Shown: in pieces, positions 60,112 to 64,000 of the stretch
Position numbering within the stretch: the first letter of the stretch is position 1
Layout of the letters: every line of letters starts with the position of its first letter
Assembly (NCBI GenBank): GCA_963675525.2
Contig: CAXXSL010000018.1
Coordinates: 51,396 to 115,395, forward strand
Origin: Anaerohalosphaeraceae bacterium
Lineage (GTDB): Bacteria > Planctomycetota > Phycisphaerae > Sedimentisphaerales > Anaerohalosphaeraceae
Length of the DNA: 64,000 bases
Direction of reading: 5' to 3'
Program-made: the position numbers and the translations under genes
Notes under the pieces: generated by a model
What the model was told of the DNA's origin: nothing
Database searches by the model: none
The model's input: only the letters and a program-made list of their open reading frames with translations

Positions 60112-62310
60112 ATGACTTTATTTGGACTGCACATCATTGATGTAATTGTGATTTTTGTCTACTTTAGCTGGGTATTTTGGATTGGCTATCGTTCTATGAA
60201 GCGTATCAAAAACCAGGAAGACTTCTTTCTTGGCGGACGAAAATTCGGCCGGCTAATCGCGACCTTCACGATGTTCGGTCAGGGCACCAGTGCTGAAAAT
60301 GCGGTCGGGGCGACCACTCAGGTTAAGCAGATGGGTATTTCAGGCATCATGCTGTCGACCTTCTCGAATTTCTTCTATCTGCCGGTGTATTTTTTTGCTG
60401 CCCAGTGGTATCGTCGTTTACGGGTGCTGACGATGTCAAGTTATTATGAACTGCGATACAAAAGTCAAAATATAGCAGCCATTTACAGTGTTGCGCAGGC
60501 ATTCTTCTTTATCGTTGTCATCAGTATCGGCTTTTTGACCATGAGCAAGACGATCATGGCCATCACGCCTAAAACAGTCGAGCAGATGACGGATGCTCAG
60601 AAAAGTGAATACAGCCAAGCCCTTCGACTTGAGGCACTGGAAAACACGGATTACTCCGTTCTCAGTCAGGCCGAACGTGACGAACTTGCCGAGTTGAGAA
60701 TTCTCAAGCCCCGGCGGTTCTTTTCGCATTTCAATAAGTCGACACTGATTATCGGTCTGGCGTTTATCGTGATGATATATGCCATCGGCGGCGGTCTTGA
60801 AGCCGCGGCTAAAACCGATGTTTTGCAAAGTATTCTGACCTTGTTTTTGACGGTTTTATTTATTCCGTTCGGATTTGCCAAGATTAACAGTACCTTTGGT
60901 TCGGAAGGCGTGTTAGGGGCTTTCCAGACAATGCACAAGGTGTTGCCGGAGATGGTCTTCGACGTTTTCGGTTCGCCCGCCAATGCGGAGATGACCTGGT
61001 ATCTGATGCTGGCATTTGGTGTGTTAACGCTGCCGAATGTCCTTTGTCAGGCGAATCAGCTTGTGGTTGCAGGGGCGGCGAAAGATGATAAGACGGCACG
61101 CGTTTCTTTTGTTGACGGCATGCTCATTAAGCGATTTGCGACTGTCATGTGGGGGTTGATCGGGATGATTATCCTGGTGCTCTTCTATACGAATAATGCG
61201 GACCCGGATATGATGTGGGGTCTGGCGACACGCGAGTTGCTGGGGTCATTAGGTATCGGTCTTGCCGGACTGATGGTGGCTTGTCTCATGTCGGCGCTGA
61301 TGAGTACGGCTGACGCCCATATGATTACCGTCTCCGGATTGCTGACGGATGGTGTTTATAAAAAGTATTTTCCGAATAAGGCGGAAAAGGAATATGTCTT
61401 TGTCGGCCGGATATTTTGCTGTTTGTATCTGATCGGCGGAGTGGCGATGGCGATTTTCTCCAAGGATTTCTGGAGTGTGTTTAAGTACCTGATGACGCTA
61501 AACTTTACGTTTGCAGCCCCGTTTTTGATGGGTATTTTGTGGCGTCGTGCGAATGCGAAAGCCGCGTGGGCAACCGTGTTTGTATCGGGAATTATTACAG
61601 TGCTTTTACCCCTTGTTGCTCCGGCCGTTGGTCTCAATAAGCACGAGGCGTTGTTAAAAGTCAATCGCTCACAGGAATTGTCGATTCGCTATATCGCTTC
61701 CAGCTTTGATGTAGCCGAATGCGACGAAGCGATTCTCAGGTGGAAAGAACAGAATACAAGAGGCCAGGCAGAAGGTCCGTGCCCCGAAGCACTTGCTGAA
61801 GGCCAGGAGTTTGAAAAAGTGATTGCCTCCAAAGAACGCGCGATCTTCTGGGACAATATTTCCGCGGAAAAGGATGAGCAAGGTAACCTGGTTAAAAAAG
61901 GCGACGGGATGCTGAAAGCCGACATGCTGCTGCTGTATTGTATCGGGGTGCCACTGGAAAAATTTGCATTCCCTTTACTGGAAACACTGCGTTATGTCAC
62001 CCAGTTCCTGCTCAGTTTCGGAACATTTATAATTGTCGCTTTACTGACAAAGCCCCAGAGCAAGGACGGACTGGATCATTTTTACGGCCGGTTGAGAACC
62101 CCCAGTCATGCCGACCATGAAAAGGATGCTCAGGAAATGGCTCTGACCGAGGCAGATCCGAACCGGTTCAATGATCAAAAGCTGTTTGCCAATTCCTCAT
62201 GGGAAATTAACAGGTGGCATGTATATGACACGAAAGGGGTGATACGCATCTTATTCTTTGTCGTGATGATTTATGTGGCTTTGTTTGCGGTTGTTAAAAT
62301 CGGCGGCTAG
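60112..62310 (+). CDS. Sodium:solute symporter (SSS family) with large extramembrane insertions
   Basis: DFFLGGRKFG, GGLEAAAKTD, GLMVACLMSALMST, GILWRRAN. Confidence 0.9.
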   Translation: MTLFGLHIIDVIVIFVYFSWVFWIGYRSMKRIKNQEDFFLGGRKFGRLIATFTMFGQGTSAENAVGATTQVKQMGISGIMLSTFSNFFYLPVYFFAAQWYRRLRVLTMSSYYELRYKSQNIAAIYSVAQAFFFIVVISIGFLTMSKTIMAITPKTVEQMTDAQKSEYSQALRLEALENTDYSVLSQAERDELAELRILKPRRFFSHFNKSTLIIGLAFIVMIYAIGGGLEAAAKTDVLQSILTLFLTVLFIPFGFAKINSTFGSEGVLGAFQTMHKVLPEMVFDVFGSPANAEMTWYLMLAFGVLTLPNVLCQANQLVVAGAAKDDKTARVSFVDGMLIKRFATVMWGLIGMIILVLFYTNNADPDMMWGLATRELLGSLGIGLAGLMVACLMSALMSTADAHMITVSGLLTDGVYKKYFPNKAEKEYVFVGRIFCCLYLIGGVAMAIFSKDFWSVFKYLMTLNFTFAAPFLMGILWRRANAKAAWATVFVSGIITVLLPLVAPAVGLNKHEALLKVNRSQELSIRYIASSFDVAECDEAILRWKEQNTRGQAEGPCPEALAEGQEFEKVIASKERAIFWDNISAEKDEQGNLVKKGDGMLKADMLLLYCIGVPLEKFAFPLLETLRYVTQFLLSFGTFIIVALLTKPQSKDGLDHFYGRLRTPSHADHEKDAQEMALTEADPNRFNDQKLFANSSWEINRWHVYDTKGVIRILFFVVMIYVALFAVVKIGG

Positions 62311-62477
62311 GTGTCAATATCAAAGATAACGCTACACAGGCTTTTCGAATTAATAATGGGAGTTCATTTTAAATTGGAATGAACCAAGCTACAAACAACA
62401 AAAGTCAGGAAGTAGTATTTGTATAAGAGAGCAATTAGTATGAACAGAACTTATTGAGCAAGTGAAAGGATGAAGCT

Positions 62478-64000
62478 GTGCATCTGACAAAGAATATGAC
62501 AAAAGGGTGTATTGTAAACATCATGGTGATAATGGGCTTAATTTTTTATACCCATTCTGTTCCTGTTTATGCAGAAGAGAATGGGGGTTTGGAAAATACT
62601 GTATATGTCTCTATCAGCGGAAAATCAGAGGGAGCTACAGGTTCACTGGATAACCCGTTCCCTAGCATTGAAGATGCCAGAGATTATTTAAGAACCAAAA
62701 ATCTTGATGCTGAAAACAGGGGTCTCATTTATCTTTGTGGAGGTCGATATCGGGTCACAGAGCCCATTAAGCTGACGGCCGAGGATTCTTATATTACATT
62801 GGCGGCATACCAGGGAGAACCTGTAGAAATCTCGGGGTCTCTGACGCTGAACAATAGGAACTTCAAAAAACTCAGCACGGTCAAAGGGGATAGGTATTCG
62901 TCCGCAGTCCGCCTGCCGAGCAGCGTGTCAGATAAGGTTTATGTCTATGACCTGGGTGCCGAAAATATTCCGGCAGGTGTAATTTATAAAAATGGATTTA
63001 ACTGGAAAAAGCAACCCTTCCAACCTGAATTAGTGGCCGATGGTGTCTTGCAAGTCTTGGCCCAGTATCCTAATTCAGGAGTAATGACTGAAAATAATAT
63101 AGGTCGACAGGATTTCGGAGAAAAAGTCCGAATGTACTATTTTGACAAGACTGACGACGTAAAGACCTATGAGGAAATGTTGCAAATGCGGGCGCCCGTC
63201 TGGGACGTGAACTTACTTGGCCCGAACTATAAATCCTGGGCTCCGCCCTATGTTGACAACTGGACCGAAGAAGAAAATAAAGCCGGGCAACCGGACGTCA
63301 ACCCTAATACAAACAATACACGATATGAAACGGACGGATGGCTCAGTGGGTATTTCGAGAACAATTATGCCAACGACCGCGTCAGGATTTATTCCATCAA
63401 AGATGCGTCCGCTACGTCTAATGCAAAGGATTGGATCTATTGCAAATACCCGAGCATGTATTCAGTGACCAAGAGAAATGGCGTTATTCGGCTTCACGCA
63501 ATCAACTTGCTCTGTGAGTTGGATATGGAAGGCGAATACTACATTGATCGCTATAAAGGGAACAACATCCTTTATTACTATCCCAAGGGAGGAACGATCG
63601 GAGACAAATCGATCTCGTTCACTGCCTTTGACCAACCTCTGCTGACGCTGGAGAGAGCCGAAGGAGTACAGATCCGTGGTATCAAATTTTCCGGAACCAC
63701 CAGTTACGGCATTACCATGATGGATTGTGTTTCCTGCGCAGTCAAAAGCTGTGAACTGTACAACATGAGTCTGGATGCGGTTCGCATCGGCATGAACAAC
63801 GGTACCATCACGTCCGATCCATCTTACAAGACATGGGGCGGCGGCTATAAAAACCTGGTTTACAATTGCACAATTCATGATATGGGTGGTGGCGGTGTTT
63901 TCTTAGCTGGAGGTGATCGAAAATCGTTGAAGCGTGGAGATAACCTCGTGAAAAACTGTGAGTTTTATAATCTATCCAGGTTGGCCACGTATACGCCGGC
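62478..64000 (+). CDS. Secreted right-handed beta-helix protein, GH141-like N-terminus (partial, runs off right edge)
   Basis: Not in ORF track. GTG 62478 or ATG 62496; signal peptide, VYVS..GSLDNPFPSIEDARD..GGRY..AYQGEPVEISG; same frame reads CTIHDMGGGGVFLAGGDRKSL at the window end. Confidence 0.82.
   Translation, partial: MHLTKNMTKGCIVNIMVIMGLIFYTHSVPVYAEENGGLENTVYVSISGKSEGATGSLDNPFPSIEDARDYLRTKNLDAENRGLIYLCGGRYRVTEPIKLTAEDSYITLAAYQGEPVEISGSLTLNNRNFKKLSTVKGDRYSSAVRLPSSVSDKVYVYDLGAENIPAGVIYKNGFNWKKQPFQPELVADGVLQVLAQYPNSGVMTENNIGRQDFGEKVRMYYFDKTDDVKTYEEMLQMRAPVWDVNLLGPNYKSWAPPYVDNWTEEENKAGQPDVNPNTNNTRYETDGWLSGYFENNYANDRVRIYSIKDASATSNAKDWIYCKYPSMYSVTKRNGVIRLHAINLLCELDMEGEYYIDRYKGNNILYYYPKGGTIGDKSISFTAFDQPLLTLERAEGVQIRGIKFSGTTSYGITMMDCVSCAVKSCELYNMSLDAVRIGMNNGTITSDPSYKTWGGGYKNLVYNCTIHDMGGGGVFLAGGDRKSLKRGDNLVKNCEFYNLSRLATYTP

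Noticed and set aside
1..64000. CRISPR array, rRNA, prophage, integrase or defence system
   Set aside because: No regularly spaced repeats and no such genes or motifs recognised on reading.

Overview
Bacterial DNA, most likely from a planctomycete (Phycisphaerae/Sedimentisphaerales-like). This is inferred from the dockerin-like motifs, PEP-CTERM, CotH-lamin-tail protein and ECF/FecR pair. Almost the whole window is devoted to glycan use. (1) 1-8.2 kb: a keto-glycoside (oxidation/elimination) type operon with three Gfo/Idh/MocA oxidoreductases, DUF1080, a ThuA-HEAT fusion and a TIM-barrel isomerase/lyase. (2) 8.5-26.8 kb: an ECF sigma/FecR-NPCBM-led run of surface proteins, namely a PEP-CTERM LamG protein, two LamG/Ig proteins (one broken by four single-base insertions), a LamG-GH51-GH43 enzyme and a CotH kinase; four of these carry dockerin-like motifs. 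(3) 27-38.4 kb: rhamnogalacturonan-II-type CAZymes (GH28, GH137-like, GH78, GH143-GH142-like) plus an SSS transporter. (4) 39-47.8 kb: an AraC-linked ABC/DUF2291, fucose-isomerase-like and apiosidase-like operon ending in a transketolase remnant at a deletion scar (probable D-apiose module). (5) 47.9-55.3 kb: a secreted protein behind a poly-G-spacer promoter, a HEAT lipoprotein, and a subtilase sharing an unnamed domain with the secreted protein. (6) 55.9-64 kb: HAD, GH3, LacI, SSS and a beta-helix enzyme. Three progressively decayed tRNA-Phe 3' fragments with IHF/arm-like sites sit at module borders (about 27.0, 38.8 and 55.4 kb), suggesting stacked tRNA-integrated islands. No intact RNA gene, CRISPR array or integrase was seen. 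Family calls come from motif recognition by eye, not from database searches.
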